Positions 9,134 to 21,285 of a stretch of 32,000 nucleotides of DNA are shown here, one piece after another; the first letter of the stretch is position 1, and every line of letters begins with the position of its first letter. The notes under the pieces are model-generated. The model saw nothing but the letters and a program-made list of their open reading frames with translations, had not been told where the DNA came from and searched no databases. The translations under genes and the position numbers were made by a program. The stretch is from positions 302,324 through 334,323 of the forward strand of contig NZ_CP046206.1 of NCBI RefSeq assembly GCF_012570145.1, in the 5' to 3' direction. This DNA comes from Enterobacteriaceae endosymbiont of Donacia provostii (GTDB lineage: Bacteria; Pseudomonadota; Gammaproteobacteria; Enterobacterales; Enterobacteriaceae).

Positions 9134-10966
9134 TTATTTTTTTTTATCCCATTCTGGAGGTCTTACTTTTTTTCTAGCCATTAAATCATCAATTTGTGCT
9201 GATCCTATAGTTTCATATTTTATGAGCGTATCTTTCATCGTATGTAAAATATCAATATTATTTTGTAATATTTTTAAAGCTCTTTCATAATTTTCTTGTA
9301 TTAAATATTTTACTTCTTGATCAATAATTTTTGCTGTTTCATCTGACATATGTTTTGCTTTAGTAACTGATCTACCCAAAAAAATTTCACTTTCTTCTTC
9401 TAAATATAATAAAGGACCTAATTTTTTAGAAAATCCCCATTGAGTAACCATATTTCTTGCAATATTAGTTGCGATTTTAATATCATTAGAGGATCCTGTT
9501 GAAACATTTTTTTCACCATAAATAATTTCTTCTGCTATTCTTCCCCCATATAATGTTGAAATTTTACTTTCTAATTGTTGACGACTAATATGTATTATAT
9601 CAATTTCAGGTAAAAAAAATGTCACACCTAAAGCTCTTCCTCTAGGAATAATAGTAACTTTATGTACAGGATCATGATCTGGAACTAGTCTACCAATAAT
9701 AGCATGTCCTGCTTCATGATAAGCAATGATTTCTTTTTGTTTTTCTGTCATAACTAAAGAACGTCTTTCTGTACCCATCATAATTTTGTCTTTAGCTTGT
9801 TCTAGTTCTAACATAGATACAACATTATGATTTTTACGTGCTGCTAATAATGCTGCTTCATTTATTAAATTTGCTAAATCAGCTCCTGAAAAACCTGGTG
9901 TTCCTCTTGCTAAAATTTTTAAATCTACTTCTTTAGATATAGGTACATTTTTTATATGTATTTGTAGTATTTGTTCTCTTCCTCGAATATCAGGTAAACC
10001 TACCATAACTTGACGATCAAAACGACCTGGTCTTAAAAGAGCTGGATCTAATACATCTGGACGATTCGTTGCTGCAATAACAATAACACTTTCATTATTA
10101 TTAAAACCATCCATTTCTACTAACATTTGATTTAATGTTTGTTCCCTTTCATCATGTCCTCCACCTAATCCTGCACCTCTTTGTCTCCCTACAGCATCAA
10201 TTTCGTCAATAAAAATAATACATGGAGAAGATTTTTTAGCTTGATTAAACATATCTCTTACTCTAGAAGCACCTACACCTACAAACATTTCTACAAAATC
10301 GGAACCTGAAATAGTAAAAAATGGTACTTGTGATTCTCCAGCAATAGCTTTAGCTAACAAAGTTTTACCAGTACCTGGAGGACCAACCATTAAAATTCCT
10401 TTAGGAATTCTACCTCCTAATTTTTGAAATTTAACTGGTTCTTTTAAATAATCAACTAATTCTTTTACTTCTTCTTTTGCTTCATCACATCCAGCTATAT
10501 CATTAAATGTAACCTTAATTTGATCTGGTGTTAACATTTGAGCTTTACTTTTACCAAATGATAAAGCTCCTTTACTACTATTTTGTAGTTGACGAATAAA
10601 TAATATCCAAATACTAATTAATAATAACATTGGAAACCATGAAATAAAAATAGATAGTAATATACTAGGTTTTTTTATAGGTTCGCCTAATACTTTAATA
10701 TTTTTTGAAAATAAAATTTTTAATAAAAATGGATCATATGTAGGGATATATGTAATATAATTACTTTTATTTTTTCTAAAAACATGAATCTGCCTACCAT
10801 TAATACTAGTTTTTAAAATCTTATTTTTTCTTACTTCAGATAAAAAAGTTGTATATGAAATCTTTTCTTTTTTACTTAATGAATTTAAACTGTAACTCTG
10901 GACAGTTGATATAAATATAACTGAAATTGCTAACCAGAGCATTAAATTTTTTGCCATATCTTTCAA
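9134..10966 (-). CDS. ftsH: ATP-dependent zinc metalloprotease FtsH
   Basis: 610 aa. It has two N-terminal transmembrane segments, Walker [14 protein letters not shown], Walker [10 protein letters not shown], the SRH region, and the zinc site HEAGHA, and is highly colinear with E. coli FtsH. The TTG start at 10966 lies 7 nt after GAGG. An alternative ATG at 10957 corresponds to the E. coli MAKNL start. Confidence 0.97.
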   Translation of the reverse strand: MKDMAKNLMLWLAISVIFISTVQSYSLNSLSKKEKISYTTFLSEVRKNKILKTSINGRQIHVFRKNKSNYITYIPTYDPFLLKILFSKNIKVLGEPIKKPSILLSIFISWFPMLLLISIWILFIRQLQNSSKGALSFGKSKAQMLTPDQIKVTFNDIAGCDEAKEEVKELVDYLKEPVKFQKLGGRIPKGILMVGPPGTGKTLLAKAIAGESQVPFFTISGSDFVEMFVGVGASRVRDMFNQAKKSSPCIIFIDEIDAVGRQRGAGLGGGHDEREQTLNQMLVEMDGFNNNESVIVIAATNRPDVLDPALLRPGRFDRQVMVGLPDIRGREQILQIHIKNVPISKEVDLKILARGTPGFSGADLANLINEAALLAARKNHNVVSMLELEQAKDKIMMGTERRSLVMTEKQKEIIAYHEAGHAIIGRLVPDHDPVHKVTIIPRGRALGVTFFLPEIDIIHISRQQLESKISTLYGGRIAEEIIYGEKNVSTGSSNDIKIATNIARNMVTQWGFSKKLGPLLYLEEESEIFLGRSVTKAKHMSDETAKIIDQEVKYLIQENYERALKILQNNIDILHTMKDTLIKYETIGSAQIDDLMARKKVRPPEWDKKK

Positions 10967-11002
10967 AGAGTAACCTCTTATAACTGTATAATATATTTAA
11001 TA

Positions 11003-11635
11003 TTAATTTTTATATCCTTTTGCAACAATATAAATTTCACTAGATTTAGATCTAGAAGCATTAGGCTTCCTAATTTTTACTATTTTAAATATAGAATTAA
11101 CTTTATTATAAAATTTATTAAATTCCTTACAGTAAAAAGTTTTTAGTAAAAGAACCCCATGATTCTTTAAATAAGAATAACATAATTTTAAGACTAATTC
11201 ATTTAGATTCATAATCTGAGGTATATCTATTTCTTTTATACCAGTAATATTAGGAGATAAATCAGACATAATCATATTAACTTTTGTTTTATTTAATATT
11301 TTAAGAGTATTATCTAAAAAAATAGAATTATAAATATTGCATTGATAAAAATTAACGTTTTTAATATAATCCATAGGTAATAAATCAAATGCAATAATTT
11401 TACCTTTATGACCAATTTTTGATGAAGCAAAACTTGACCAGCCTCCAGGAGAAGAACCTAAATCAATTAATGTTATATTTTTTTTAAAAATTTTATCTTT
11501 ATTATCTATTTGTTTTAATTTAAACCATGATCTTGATCTATATTTATTAATATCTTTTTTAACCATCTTTATATATAAATCTTTAGAATTATTTTTTAAC
11601 CATAATTTAGATTTTTTATGTTTTTTATAAATCAT
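11003..11635 (-). CDS. rlmE: 23S rRNA (uridine2552-2'-O)-methyltransferase RlmE (FtsJ)
   Basis: 210 aa. RSRSWFKLKQID and the SAM-binding motif DLGSSPGGWS are colinear with E. coli RlmE. The gene is immediately upstream of ftsH, as in E. coli. Confidence 0.95.
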   Translation of the reverse strand: MIYKKHKKSKLWLKNNSKDLYIKMVKKDINKYRSRSWFKLKQIDNKDKIFKKNITLIDLGSSPGGWSSFASSKIGHKGKIIAFDLLPMDYIKNVNFYQCNIYNSIFLDNTLKILNKTKVNMIMSDLSPNITGIKEIDIPQIMNLNELVLKLCYSYLKNHGVLLLKTFYCKEFNKFYNKVNSIFKIVKIRKPNASRSKSSEIYIVAKGYKN

Positions 11636-11844
11636 AAAAATTATTTATTTAATAATTATCTTTATATAAATTTAATATTTAAAAATAAAGAATTCTACAA
11701 AATTTAATGTTCTAATTACACTAATTATTTTTCTTTAATACAGTTTGTGTATTATAACATTATTTATATCTATAATTATATGTATTTTTTATGATAAAAT
11801 AGTAATTTGTTATAAATTATAAAATTTACTATATATATTTATTT

Positions 11845-14800
11845 TTAACTATTATTTAAATTAGAATTAGCATTTAATAATTCTGTTAAATTAGCAGCTG
11901 CTGAATCTACAGAAGAAATATTATTTTTCTTATTATTTATTTTTTTTTTATTTATACGATTTGTATGGTATGTATAACCAGTTCCTGCAGGAATTAATCT
12001 TCCTACAATGACATTTTCTTTTAATCCTTTTAATTCATCAATTTTTCCTGCTACTGAAGATTCAGTTAAAACTCTAGTAGTTTCTTGGAAAGAAGCAGCT
12101 GATATAAAAGAAGAAGTTGCTAATGATGCTTTAGTAATACCTAATAAATCCCTATTATATTCTGCTAATTTTTTTCCCTGTTTTTTTAATTTTTTATTTT
12201 CAATTTTAATTAACGATACTTCTAATTGTTCACCTTCTAAAAAATTAGAATCTCCCATTTTAGTTATAGTAGCTTTACGTAACATTTGTCTAACAATTAC
12301 TTCTATATGTTTATCATTAATTTTAACTCCTTGTAATCTATAAACATCTTGAACTTCATTTATTATATAATTAGTTACAGCATTAACTCCTCTTAATCTT
12401 AAAATATCATGTGGAGATTCAGGACCATCAGAAATAATATCTCCTTTGTTAATTAATTCTCCTTCAAATACATTAAGCTGTCTCCATTTTGGTATCATTT
12501 CTTCATATGCTTTTTGATCAGAATTTAAAGGAGTAATAATTATTCTTCTTTTTCCTTTTGTTTCTTTTCCAAATGAAATAATACCACTAATTTCTGCTAA
12601 AATAGCTGAATCTTTAGGTTTCCTAGCTTCAAATAAATCAGCTACTCTTGGTAATCCTCCAGTAATATCTTTAGTACCACCTGATTCTTGAGGTACTTTT
12701 GCTAAAATATCACCAGCATTAATATAACTATTATCTTTTAAATGTATAATAGATTTATTAGGTAAAAAATAATGTGCTGGCATATCAGTTCCAGATATTA
12801 TTATATCTTCATTATTATCATTAACAATTTTTATCATAGGTCTAAAATCTTTCCCTATTAATGGTCTTTCAGAAGTATCTAGAACAACAATAGATGCTAA
12901 TCCTGTTAAATCATCAGTTTGTTTTATAATAGTTTGTCCTTCTAACATATCAATAAATTTAACTTTACCACTTACTTCTGTAATAATTGGCATAGTATGA
13001 GGATCCCAATATGAAACTATTTCTCCTGATTTAACATTAACTCCATTTTTTTTTGTTATAATAGCACCATATGGTATTTTATAACTTTCTATAATTTTAT
13101 TTAAATGATTAATAATTTTTAATTCAGCATTTCTAGAAATAACTACAAGTTTATTAACAGAATTAATAACTGATTTTACATTTGCTAGTTTTATAATTCC
13201 ATGATTTTTTATTTGAATACTAGATTCTGTTGCAGATCTTGATGCTGCACCTCCAATATGAAATGTACGCATTGTTAATTGTGTTCCTGGTTCACCTATA
13301 GATTGTGCTGCAATGACACCTACTGCCTCTCCTTTATTTATAATATGTCCTCTAGCTAAATCACGCCCATAACAATATGAACATACACCAAAATGAGTTT
13401 CACAACTTACTACAGATCTTACTTTTATATTATCAATAGCATATTGTTCTAATATATTACAATATTTTTCATTTAATAATGTATTTCTAGGAATAAGAAT
13501 AATTTTATTATGACTATCTTTTTTATAAATATTTTCTGCAGTTACTCTACCTAACACTCTTTCTCTTAAAGATTCTTTTATATTTCTTCCTGTAATAATA
13601 GAAGAAATTTTAATTCCTTTTAAAGTTAAACAATCATCTTCTGTTATAACTAGATCTTGTGCTACATCTACTAATCTTCTTGTTAAATATCCGGAATTTG
13701 CTGTTTTTAATGCTGTATCAGCTAATCCCTTTCTAGCTCCATGAGTAGAAATAAAATATTGTAAAACATTTAATCCTTCTCTAAAATTAGCAATAATTGG
13801 AGTTTCAATAATGGAACCATCAGGTTTAGCCATTAAACCTCTCATACCAGCTAATTGTCTAATTTGTGCAGCAGAACCTCGAGCTCCAGAATCAGCCATC
13901 ATAAAAATATTATTAAAAGAACTTTGTTCTACTGTAATACCATTTTTATTAATTACTTTTTCAATAGATAAGTTTTTCATCATAGCTTTTGATACTTTTT
14001 CATTAGCAGCAGCCCAAATATCAATAACTTTATTATATCTTTCTCCTGCAGTTACTAAACCAGATTGAAATTGTTCTTGAATTTCATTTACTTCAGATTC
14101 TGCTTCATTAATAATTTCAATTTTATTATGAGGTATAAGTATATCATCTATACTTACAGAAGCACCGGATTTAGCTGCATAATAAAAACCAGTATACATA
14201 ATTTGATCTGCAAAAATAACTGTAGATTTAAGTCCTAAAATTCTATAACATTTATTTAATATATAGGAAATATCTTTTTTACCTAAAGTCTTATTTATCA
14301 TACTAAAAGGAATACCTTTAGGTACTTGATTCCAAAAAATAGCTCTACCAATAGTAGTTTTTACAATAATTTTATTTTTAATCCATTTATTTGTTAATAA
14401 ATCTTTATTATATTCTTTAATTCTTACTTTTATACGAGCATGTAAATCAGCTTGTCCTATATTATATACATATTCTGCTTCTTTAGGACCAGTTAATATC
14501 ATTCCCTCTCCATAAGCATTGATTTTATCTTTAGTCATATAATATATTCCTAATACAACATCCTGAGATGGCACAATAATAGGTTCTCCATTTGCTGGAG
14601 ATAAAATATTATTAGTAGACATCATTAAAATACGTGCTTCTAATTGTGCTTCTAATGTAAGAGGAATATGTACTGCCATTTGATCTCCATCAAAATCTGC
14701 ATTATAAGCAGCACATACTAAAGGATGTAACTGTATAGCTTTACCTTCAACTAAAAGGGGTTCAAATGCTTGTATTCCTAATCTATGTAAAGTAGGAGCC

Positions 14801-16074
14801 CTATTTAATAAAATAGGATGTTCCTTAATTACTTCATCTAAAATATCCCATACTATGGGTTCTTCTTTTTCTACCATTTTTTTTGCAGATTTAATAGTAT
14901 TTGCAAATCCTTTAATTTCTAATTTACTATATATAAATGGTTTAAATAATTCTAATGCCATTTTTTTAGGCAATCCACATTGATGCAAATGTAAATAAGG
15001 ACCAACAGTTATAACTGATCTTCCAGAATAATCAACTCTTTTACCTAATAAATTTTGTCTAAATCTTCCTTGTTTACCTTTAATCATATCTGCTAAAGAT
15101 TTTAGCGGACGTTTATTAGATCCTATTATTGCCTTACCTCTTCTTCCATTATCTAATAATGCATCAACTGCTTCTTGTAACATTCTTTTTTCATTTTTTA
15201 TTATAATATCAGGGGCTGATAATTCTAATAAACGTTTTAATCTATTATTACGATTTATAACTCTACGATATAAATCATTTAAATCTGATGTTGCAAATCT
15301 ACCTCCATCTAAAGGGACTAAAGGTCTTAAATCAGGAGGTAATACAGGTAATACATTCATAACCATCCATTCTGGTTTATTTCCAGAATATATAAAAGAT
15401 TCTAATAATTTTATTCTTTTAGCTATTTTTTTTCTTTTAGTTTCTGAATGAGTATTATATAATTCATTACGTAATAATTTACATTCTTTTTTTAAATCTA
15501 TATTTTTTAATAAATACTGTATTGCTTCTGCCCCCATTTTAGCTTCAAATTCATTTCCAAATTCTTCTAATAAATTTATATATTGTTCTTCAGATAAAAT
15601 TTGTTTCTTTTCTAAAGATGTTATACCTTCATTTATAACAACATAGGATTCAAAATATAAAACTCTTTCTATATCTCTTAATGTCATATTAAGTAATAAT
15701 CCAATTCTAGAAGGTAATGACTTTAAAAACCATATATGTGCAATAGGAGAAGCTAATTCTATATGTCCCATTCTATCTCTTCTTACTTTTGTTTGTGTAA
15801 CTTCTACCCCACATTTTTCACAAACAACACCTCTATGTTTTAAACGTTTATATTTTCCACATAAACATTCATAATCTTTAATAGGACCAAAAATACGAGC
15901 ACAAAATAAACCATCTCTTTCCGGTTTAAATGTACGATAATTAATTGTTTCAGGTTTTTTAACTTCTCCAAAAGACCAAGATTTTATCATATCAGAAGAA
16001 GCTAGAGAAAGTTTTATTGAATCAAATTCTTCTATCTTATTTTTTGATTTTAAAAAATTAAATAAATCTTTCAC
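11845..16074 (-). CDS. rpoC: DNA-directed RNA polymerase subunit beta-prime
   Basis: 1409 aa. The N-terminus is MKDLFNFLK...[33 protein letters not shown]. The zinc motif [23 protein letters not shown] and the catalytic NADFDGD are present. The start codon is GTG, as in E. coli rpoC. Confidence 0.99.
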   Translation of the reverse strand: MKDLFNFLKSKNKIEEFDSIKLSLASSDMIKSWSFGEVKKPETINYRTFKPERDGLFCARIFGPIKDYECLCGKYKRLKHRGVVCEKCGVEVTQTKVRRDRMGHIELASPIAHIWFLKSLPSRIGLLLNMTLRDIERVLYFESYVVINEGITSLEKKQILSEEQYINLLEEFGNEFEAKMGAEAIQYLLKNIDLKKECKLLRNELYNTHSETKRKKIAKRIKLLESFIYSGNKPEWMVMNVLPVLPPDLRPLVPLDGGRFATSDLNDLYRRVINRNNRLKRLLELSAPDIIIKNEKRMLQEAVDALLDNGRRGKAIIGSNKRPLKSLADMIKGKQGRFRQNLLGKRVDYSGRSVITVGPYLHLHQCGLPKKMALELFKPFIYSKLEIKGFANTIKSAKKMVEKEEPIVWDILDEVIKEHPILLNRAPTLHRLGIQAFEPLLVEGKAIQLHPLVCAAYNADFDGDQMAVHIPLTLEAQLEARILMMSTNNILSPANGEPIIVPSQDVVLGIYYMTKDKINAYGEGMILTGPKEAEYVYNIGQADLHARIKVRIKEYNKDLLTNKWIKNKIIVKTTIGRAIFWNQVPKGIPFSMINKTLGKKDISYILNKCYRILGLKSTVIFADQIMYTGFYYAAKSGASVSIDDILIPHNKIEIINEAESEVNEIQEQFQSGLVTAGERYNKVIDIWAAANEKVSKAMMKNLSIEKVINKNGITVEQSSFNNIFMMADSGARGSAAQIRQLAGMRGLMAKPDGSIIETPIIANFREGLNVLQYFISTHGARKGLADTALKTANSGYLTRRLVDVAQDLVITEDDCLTLKGIKISSIITGRNIKESLRERVLGRVTAENIYKKDSHNKIILIPRNTLLNEKYCNILEQYAIDNIKVRSVVSCETHFGVCSYCYGRDLARGHIINKGEAVGVIAAQSIGEPGTQLTMRTFHIGGAASRSATESSIQIKNHGIIKLANVKSVINSVNKLVVISRNAELKIINHLNKIIESYKIPYGAIITKKNGVNVKSGEIVSYWDPHTMPIITEVSGKVKFIDMLEGQTIIKQTDDLTGLASIVVLDTSERPLIGKDFRPMIKIVNDNNEDIIISGTDMPAHYFLPNKSIIHLKDNSYINAGDILAKVPQESGGTKDITGGLPRVADLFEARKPKDSAILAEISGIISFGKETKGKRRIIITPLNSDQKAYEEMIPKWRQLNVFEGELINKGDIISDGPESPHDILRLRGVNAVTNYIINEVQDVYRLQGVKINDKHIEVIVRQMLRKATITKMGDSNFLEGEQLEVSLIKIENKKLKKQGKKLAEYNRDLLGITKASLATSSFISAASFQETTRVLTESSVAGKIDELKGLKENVIVGRLIPAGTGYTYHTNRINKKKINNKKNNISSVDSAAANLTELLNANSNLNNS

Positions 16075-16144
16075 AAATTACTTACCTCAATTATATTACT
16101 AACTAGATTAGTAATCTTTTTATACTTTATTTATAAAATTTTAA

Positions 16145-19100
16145 TTATTTATTTTCTAAATTAATATTTAAACCTAATGAACGTATTTCTTTAAGTAATA
16201 CATTAAAAGATTCCGGAATACCAGCATGCATTTGATGATTACCATCTACTATATTTTTATACATTTTTGTTCTACCATTCACATCATCAGATTTTATTGT
16301 TAGCATTTCTTGTAATGTATATGCTGCTCCATATGCTTCTAAAGCCCAAACTTCCATTTCACCAAATCGTTGTCCTCCAAATTGTGCTTTTCCACCTAAT
16401 GGTTGTTGTGTAACAAGACTATATGAACCAGTAGATCTAGCATGCATTTTATCATCTACTAAATGATTTAATTTTAACATATACATATATCCAACTGTAA
16501 CTGGTCTTTCAAAAGCTTCTCCTGTACGTCCATCATACAATTTTATTTGTCCAGAAATTGGTAAATTCGATAATTTTAATAATTCTTTAATTTCTTTTTC
16601 GTTAGCTCCATCAAAAACTGGTGTAGCAATAGGCATACCTTTTTTTAAATTGTTTGCTAACAAAAGAATTTCTTTATCGGTAAAATGATTTAAATTTATA
16701 TTTTGACATATATTATCACCTATATTATTATAGGCTTTATCTAAAAATATACGTATTTTTTCTATGTTTTTTTTTTTTTTTAATAAAATACTAATTTGAT
16801 CTCCTATTCCTTTAGCAGCCATACCTAAATGAGTTTCTAAAATTTGCCCTATATTCATTCTAGAAGGGACACCTAAAGGATTTAATACAATATCAACAGG
16901 AATACCATTTTGGTCATATGGCATATCTTCAACAGGACAAATTTTAGATATAACACCCTTATTACCATGTCTACCAGCCATTTTATCCCCTGGTTGTACT
17001 TGTCTTTTAACAGCTAAATTTACCTTAATAATTTTTAAAATACCAGGAGCTAAATCATTACCTTGTGTAATCTTAATTTTTTCTAAATTTATTTTTTTTT
17101 TAAATTTTATTTTGATTTCTTTATATTTTTTAATAAAATCATTTAATTTTTTTTGTTTTTTTTTATCTTTTATATGTAGAGAAGTTATCAAATCTATATC
17201 CATACTATTAAAATTAGTAGTAATAATTTTTTCTTTTAATAAAAAATCTTTTATATTTAAAAGTATATTTGTCTCAAAAATTTTTTGTTCTGTTAATAAA
17301 TCTTCCTTAATTTGCATAAATTGCATTTCTTCTATTTCTAAAGTTCTCTTATCTTTTTTTACCCCATCTCTTGTAAAAATTTGTACATCTATAACAGTTC
17401 CATACATTCCATTAGGAACTCGTAAAGAAGTATCTTTTACATCAGAAGCTTTTTCACCAAAAATTGCACGTAATAATTTTTCTTCAGGTGATAATTGAGT
17501 TTCACTTTTAGGTGTTACTTTCCCTACAAGAATATCACCATTTTTTACTTCGGCACCAATATATACTATTCCACACTCATCTAATTTAGATAAAGATGAT
17601 TCACTTACATTTGGTATATCAGAAGTAATTTCTTCAGATCCTAACTTTGTATCACGAGATATACAAGACAATTCCTGTATATGTATAGTAGTAAATTTGT
17701 CTTTTTGTACAACTTTTTCAGATAATAAAATAGAATCTTCAAAATTATATCCATTCCATGGCATAAATGCTACCCGCATATTTTGTCCTAATGCTAATTC
17801 TCCTAAATCTGTAGCAGGACCATCAGCTAATATATCATTTTTTTGTATATATTCACCTAAATCAACACATGGTGTTTGATTTATACATGTATTTTGATTT
17901 GATCTTACGTATTTTTCTAAATGATAAATATCAATGTTATTGATAACATTATTTCTTTTAATAATAATACGTTTAGAATCTACATATTCTACAATACCAG
18001 AATGTTTTGCAATAATTGTAACACCAGAATCTATAGCTACAATTTTTTCCATACCAGTTCCTACTAATGGTTTTTCAGTTTTTAATGTAGGTACTGCTTG
18101 TCTTTGCATATTAGCACCCATTAATGCTCTATTAGCATCATCATGCTCTAAAAATGGTATTAAAGAAGCACCTACAGAAACAATTTGTTGTGTAGAAACA
18201 TCCATATAATGGATTTGTTCTTTTTTAAAGAAACTTGCTTCTCCTTTATAACGACATGTAATAAAATCATCAATAATATATCCATTTTTATCAATATTAG
18301 TATTAGCTTGAGCAATAATAAAATTACCCTCCTCAATAGAGGATAAATAATTAATTTTATTAGTAACAAATCCATTTTTAACTAATCGATAAGGAGTTTC
18401 TAAAAATCCATATTCATTTGTTCTAGCATAAACTGATAATGAATTAATTAAGCCAATATTAGGTCCTTCTGGTGTTTCTATAGGACATACCCTACCATAA
18501 TGAGTAGGATGAACATCACGTACTTCAAATCCTGCCCTTTCTCTTGTTAATCCTCCTGGACCTAATGCAGAAATACGTCTTTTATGTGTAATTTCTGATA
18601 ATGGATTATTTTGATCCATAAATTGTGAAAGTTGACTAGAACAAAAAAATTCTTTTAAAGCAGCAGAAATAGGTTTAGCATTTATCATATCCTGAGGCAT
18701 TAAAGTTTCTAAATCTCCTAAAGATAATCTTTCTTTAACAGCTCTTTCAACACGAATTAAACCTATACGAAATTGATTTTCTGCCATTTCACCAATAGAA
18801 CGAATTCTTCTATTACCTAAATGATCAATATCATCAATACTACCATTACCATTACGAATAGTAATTAATTTTTGAATAACATCTACAATATCTTCTTTAC
18901 TTAAAATTCCAGGTCCACAAATATTATTTCTTGATAATGAACGATTAAATTTCATTCTTCCAACAGGAGATAAATCATAACGATCTTCAAAAAAAAATAA
19001 TTTTTTAAATAAAAGTTCTGCAGCTTCTTTAGTTGGAGGTTCTCCAGGACGCATCATTCTATAAATTTCTACTAAAGCATCTAAACGGTTAGTTGTATTA

Positions 19101-20158
19101 TCTATTTTTAATGTTTCAGAAATATAAGAACCATGATCTAAATCATTTGTAAAAATTGTTTCAATAATATTTTGATTAAGAAAAATTTTATTAATTATAT
19201 CTATAGTTAAGGGATGATTTGCAGAAATAATTACTTCACCAGTTGTTTTATCTATATAGTCTTTAATAACTATTTGTCCTACCATATATTCTATAGGAAT
19301 ATTAATATATTTGATATTATCCTTTTTTAAACGATTAATATGATATAGAGTAATTCGTTTACCTTTTTCAATATAAGTAATATCGTTTTTTTTAATATCA
19401 AAAAATGCTGTTTCCCCTCTTAATCTATCTGGTATTAATTTTAATGTGATATTTTTATTTTTTATTTTATAAATATTTTTTTCAAAAAAAATGTTTAATA
19501 TTTCTTCTACATCATAATTTAAAGCTCGTAAAATAATTGTAACTGGTAATTTTCTTCTTCTATCTATACGTACAAAAATATTATCTTTAGAATCAAATTC
19601 AAAATCTAACCAAGAACCTCTATAAGGAATAATACGAGCATTATATAATATTTTACCTGAAGAATGTGTTTTTCCTTTATCACTATCAAAAAACACTCCA
19701 GGACTTCTATGTAATTGTGATACTACTACACGTTCTATTCCATTAACTATAAAAGTACCATTTTTTGTCATTAATGGTATTTCTCCCATATATACTTCTT
19801 GTTCTTTTATATTTTTAATAGGTAATTCAGGATTTTCTTTATCATAAATAATTAGTTGTAATTTTACTTTAATAGGAACTGCATATGTCATACCTCTAAT
19901 ATGACATTCTTTCATAGTAAATAATGATTTTCCTAAACGAAAACTCACATATTCTAATTTAGCATGTCCACTATAACTAGAAATAGGGAAAATACTTTTA
20001 AATGCAGCTTCTAAACCATATTGTCCTGTAGGATCTTGTGTTATAAATTTTTTAAATGAATCTATCTGGATAGAAAGTAAATATGGAATATTTAAAACTT
20101 GAGGTCTTTTTCCAAAATTTTTACGAATACGTTTTTTTTCAGTTTGAGAATAAACCAT
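16145..20158 (-). CDS. rpoB: DNA-directed RNA polymerase subunit beta
   Basis: 1337 aa. The rifampicin-cluster region is [30 protein letters not shown], and the C-terminal region is [27 protein letters not shown]. It is colinear with E. coli RpoB (1342 aa). Confidence 0.99.
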   Translation of the reverse strand: MVYSQTEKKRIRKNFGKRPQVLNIPYLLSIQIDSFKKFITQDPTGQYGLEAAFKSIFPISSYSGHAKLEYVSFRLGKSLFTMKECHIRGMTYAVPIKVKLQLIIYDKENPELPIKNIKEQEVYMGEIPLMTKNGTFIVNGIERVVVSQLHRSPGVFFDSDKGKTHSSGKILYNARIIPYRGSWLDFEFDSKDNIFVRIDRRRKLPVTIILRALNYDVEEILNIFFEKNIYKIKNKNITLKLIPDRLRGETAFFDIKKNDITYIEKGKRITLYHINRLKKDNIKYINIPIEYMVGQIVIKDYIDKTTGEVIISANHPLTIDIINKIFLNQNIIETIFTNDLDHGSYISETLKIDNTTNRLDALVEIYRMMRPGEPPTKEAAELLFKKLFFFEDRYDLSPVGRMKFNRSLSRNNICGPGILSKEDIVDVIQKLITIRNGNGSIDDIDHLGNRRIRSIGEMAENQFRIGLIRVERAVKERLSLGDLETLMPQDMINAKPISAALKEFFCSSQLSQFMDQNNPLSEITHKRRISALGPGGLTRERAGFEVRDVHPTHYGRVCPIETPEGPNIGLINSLSVYARTNEYGFLETPYRLVKNGFVTNKINYLSSIEEGNFIIAQANTNIDKNGYIIDDFITCRYKGEASFFKKEQIHYMDVSTQQIVSVGASLIPFLEHDDANRALMGANMQRQAVPTLKTEKPLVGTGMEKIVAIDSGVTIIAKHSGIVEYVDSKRIIIKRNNVINNIDIYHLEKYVRSNQNTCINQTPCVDLGEYIQKNDILADGPATDLGELALGQNMRVAFMPWNGYNFEDSILLSEKVVQKDKFTTIHIQELSCISRDTKLGSEEITSDIPNVSESSLSKLDECGIVYIGAEVKNGDILVGKVTPKSETQLSPEEKLLRAIFGEKASDVKDTSLRVPNGMYGTVIDVQIFTRDGVKKDKRTLEIEEMQFMQIKEDLLTEQKIFETNILLNIKDFLLKEKIITTNFNSMDIDLITSLHIKDKKKQKKLNDFIKKYKEIKIKFKKKINLEKIKITQGNDLAPGILKIIKVNLAVKRQVQPGDKMAGRHGNKGVISKICPVEDMPYDQNGIPVDIVLNPLGVPSRMNIGQILETHLGMAAKGIGDQISILLKKKKNIEKIRIFLDKAYNNIGDNICQNINLNHFTDKEILLLANNLKKGMPIATPVFDGANEKEIKELLKLSNLPISGQIKLYDGRTGEAFERPVTVGYMYMLKLNHLVDDKMHARSTGSYSLVTQQPLGGKAQFGGQRFGEMEVWALEAYGAAYTLQEMLTIKSDDVNGRTKMYKNIVDGNHQMHAGIPESFNVLLKEIRSLGLNINLENK

Positions 20159-20249
20159 ATGGTTCCTCAGTTATCTGATAAATTAAAAAATTTAGTTGAA
20201 TTAAAAGTTAATTTTATAAATAAGTTTTTTACTGAAATTTTTTATAAAA

Positions 20250-20618
20250 TTATTTAATTTCTATTTCAGCTCCTGATGTTTTTAATTTAGATTCTAAATC
20301 TAATGCTTCTTGTTTCGAAATAGATTCTTTTAAGATTATAGGAGCTGATTCTACTAAATCTTTAGCTTCTTTTAATCCTAAATTCATAATACTTCTAACA
20401 GTTTTTATAACAGAAATTTTGTTATTTCCTATACTTTTAAGATATATATTAAATTCAGTTTTTTCTTCTTTTTTATCTTGTTGTTTATTATTATTTTGTG
20501 AATTTGTTATTATACTAGAAACACCAAATTTTTTTTCTATAGAATTAATTAAATCCATTATATCTATAATGGACATTGATTCTATAGCTTCTATTATTTG
20601 TTCTTTAGTTACTGCCAT
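20250..20618 (-). CDS. rplL: 50S ribosomal protein L7/L12
   Basis: 122 aa. It has an N-terminal dimerisation helix, a hinge, and the C-terminal domain GLKEAKDLVESAP...AEIEIK. It sits in the conserved rplJ-rplL-rpoB position. Confidence 0.97.
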   Translation of the reverse strand: MAVTKEQIIEAIESMSIIDIMDLINSIEKKFGVSSIITNSQNNNKQQDKKEEKTEFNIYLKSIGNNKISVIKTVRSIMNLGLKEAKDLVESAPIILKESISKQEALDLESKLKTSGAEIEIK

Positions 20619-20661
20619 ATTATATTCCTAAAATATTAAAAATTATATTTATAAAATAAAT

Positions 20662-21150
20662 TTATTTTATATTTTTAATTGCAATTAAAACTCTATAAAA
20701 TTTTCCTATAGAAATATCTTTGATAATTAATAAAAAACGTATAATAGCTTCTTTATATGTAGGTAATTCTGCTAAATCATTGATATTTTCACTAGAAATT
20801 ATTTGATTATTAAATGAGGCTGCTTTAATTATTAAATTTTCATCTAATATACTAAATTTTTTTAGTAAACGTGCTGCAGTTCCAGGATGTTCAAATGAAT
20901 AGGCAATTAATATTGGACCATGTATTAAAGGTCCTAAACATTCAAAATTACTACCTTTAATAATTAATTTTAATAATTTATTTCTAATAATACTTATTAT
21001 AACATTCTGATTTTTACATTTTTTTCTTAATATATTTAAATTATTATTATTAACACCACAAAAACTAGCAATAACAGCTGATAATGCACGTTTATTTATT
21101 TTACTTATTTTTGCAACAATCATTTTTTTTTTTTTTAAATTTAAAGACAT
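20662..21150 (-). CDS. rplJ: 50S ribosomal protein L10
   Basis: 162 aa. ALSAVIASFCGV, PILIAYSFEHPGTAARLLKKF and LPTYKEAI align to E. coli L10 ([41 protein letters not shown]). Confidence 0.96.
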   Translation of the reverse strand: MSLNLKKKKMIVAKISKINKRALSAVIASFCGVNNNNLNILRKKCKNQNVIISIIRNKLLKLIIKGSNFECLGPLIHGPILIAYSFEHPGTAARLLKKFSILDENLIIKAASFNNQIISSENINDLAELPTYKEAIIRFLLIIKDISIGKFYRVLIAIKNIK

Positions 21151-21285
21151 TATAAGATTATTGCACTCCTAATATTTTATAAAATGATGATTATCATAAT
21201 TTATAATATAAAATGATTCAAATAATTAATTTTTCATTAAAAATGATGACTATAATATATTTATTTTTTTTTGTAAAGAAAAATT

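Noticed and set aside
12008-14068. Plus-strand ORFs 12008-12343 (111 aa) and 13811-14068 (85 aa)
   Set aside because: Both lie wholly inside rpoC on the opposite strand. Their sequences are low-complexity F/I/L/S-rich with no recognisable motifs. They are antisense shadow ORFs, as expected opposite A-rich coding sequence where stop codons are depleted.
17112-18375. Plus-strand ORFs 17112-17498, 17697-17879 and 17934-18209, and minus-strand alternative-frame ORF 18172-18375
   Set aside because: All are nested within rpoB, whose frame is supported by end-to-end homology. None has motifs, a Shine-Dalgarno sequence or independent support.
20419-20631. Plus-strand 70-aa ORF
   Set aside because: It is an antisense shadow of rplL.
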